Of a DNA stretch of 43,791 bases, positions 43,156-43,791 are shown one piece after another. A program made the position numbers and the translations under genes. Under the pieces are notes generated by a model. The model was not told the DNA's origin. It searched no databases and worked only from the letters and a program-made list of their open reading frames with translations. Source of the DNA: Myxococcota bacterium. Its GTDB lineage: Bacteria > Myxococcota_A > Polyangia > JBBTFH01. Positions within the stretch are counted from its first letter, which is position 1; every line of letters begins with the position of its first letter. The stretch lies in the NCBI GenBank assembly GCA_038041915.1, contig JBBTFH010000022.1:6569-50359 (forward strand), written 5' to 3'.

Positions 43156-43401
43156 CGGCTCGCCGTGTACGACGGCCTGGCGGCCGAGCCCGAGCTCGTG
43201 ATCACGACGGCGTCCGAGAAGATCACCGCGCTCTCGCTGCTGCCGATCCGCCGCCTTGGCCCGCTGCGGCTGCCCGACTACGCCAGCGCGCCCGGCCGCG
43301 CGATCGTCGCCGACCTCCTGCGCGGCGACGTCACGATCCGCGGCCTCTGGCGCCACCCGATCGCGCTCACGCGGCTGACGCGACTGCTCTCCGTCGCGTA
43401 A
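43156..43401 (+). pseudogene. Orphan 3' fragment of the SCP2-like gene (direct repeat copy B)
   Basis: Encodes (RLA)VYDGLAAEPELVITTASEKITALSLLPIRRLGPLRLPDYASAPGRAIVADLLRGDVTIRGLWRHPIALTRLTRLLSVA*. This is colinear with the last roughly 80 aa of 42066-42503 but has no N-terminal half. Confidence 0.8.
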
Positions 43402-43404
43402 GTC

Positions 43405-43775
43405 GCCTCGCGGGGCGGGCCGATCGGGACCCGCAGCAATACGTGCGAGCGGGCACGGCCTGCGGCGGCGGAATGCGCGAAGCGGCGCTACGGCGCGTAG
43501 CGGCCGCCGGTGCCCCTCGTTACCGAGGGCGCGGTGCGCTCCTACCGCACCTTTTCACCCTTGCCTCGGCGCGAGCGCCGGGGCGGTCTCTTCTCTGTGG
43601 CACTGTCCTTCGAGTCGCCTCGGTTCGACGACGGGCCGCTGGGCCGTGCGTCTCGGAGACGGCGGGCTGGGGTCTACTCCGCCTCTCGATTGCGGCGCGC
43701 TCATTCTGCGTCGGAAGGAAGCGCTCCTCCGTCCAGCTCGAACTCGCATGTGCTGTCGGCTGCCTCGCACTCATC
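43405..43775 (-). ncRNA. rnpB: RNase P RNA-like element (type A specificity-domain motifs present, catalytic-core motifs not recognised)
   Basis: Minus strand contains AGUGCCACAGAGAAGAGACCGCC (43604-43582), GGGUGAAAAGGUGCGGUAGGAGCGCACCGC (43560-43531) and a CCCUCG-GUAA-CGAGGG hairpin. These closely match the E. coli M1 RNA J11/12-P12 and P13/P14 regions. The ends GCGAGGCAGCCGA/UCGGCCCGCCCCGC could form P1/P2. Boundaries are approximate. Confidence 0.45.
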
Positions 43776-43791
43776 CGTTTCCACGTGCGCC

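Noticed and set aside
43709-43726. Plus-strand GUCGGAAGGAAGCGC resembling the SRP (4.5S) RNA GGAA tetraloop region
   Set aside because: The flanks cannot form the long SRP helix 8 hairpin. The segment is simply the complement of a hairpin in the RNase P-like element.

Overview
This is a very GC-rich bacterial chromosomal window. The gene content suggests Myxococcota, by inference only: a PEGA-domain Ser/Thr kinase, a sigma-54 enhancer-binding regulator beside PilA-type pilins, a TIGR02147-type protein and many acidic lipoproteins. I support about 45 protein genes, one tRNA-Ala(GGC), one RNase P RNA-like element, two type II toxin-antitoxin pairs and one decayed ammonium-transporter gene. I saw no transposase, integrase, rRNA or CRISPR array. 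Many long ORFs in the supplied track are antisense or out-of-frame shadows typical of high-GC DNA, and I discarded or trimmed them.

Layout:
- (1) 257-13153: glycosyltransferase/methyltransferase genes and two TMTC/PMT-like GT-C+TPR paralogues bracket a sigma-54 regulator, three prepilin-type genes and a PEGA kinase.
- (2) 13135-22143: a long minus-strand string. It runs from a sigma-54 promoter through a thrombospondin-type-3/LTD lipoprotein, a GAF-PAS-PAS-HisKA protein without an ATPase domain, a small protein, a LolA-like protein and an OM barrel. An ABC/FtsX pair, a cyclophilin and the second GT-C follow.
- (3) 22155-24713: a TIGR02147-type protein flanked by very acidic lipoproteins.
- (4) 24826-25570: an RHH/MazF-like TA pair.
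- (5) 25590-32624: divergent operons combining a His-rich porin, an FAD oxidoreductase and two P19-like domains with FMN_bind, a 4-TM protein and ApbE. No FTR1 permease is present.
- (6) 32640-37513: a decayed region, then an SNF2 helicase with a zinc-ribbon partner beside tRNA-Ala, which has an att-like duplicate of its 3' end.
- (7) 37563-43401: a histone-H1-like protein, a large permuted-esterase lipoprotein, and an SCP2/Fe-ADH/SCP2 set whose last gene is interrupted by a ParE-type TA cassette flanked by 242-bp direct repeats.
- (8) 43405-43775: an RNase P RNA-like element.

The best candidates for something new are block 5, the sigma-54 operon in block 2, the pilin/glycosylation block 1 and the SNF2 pair in block 6.
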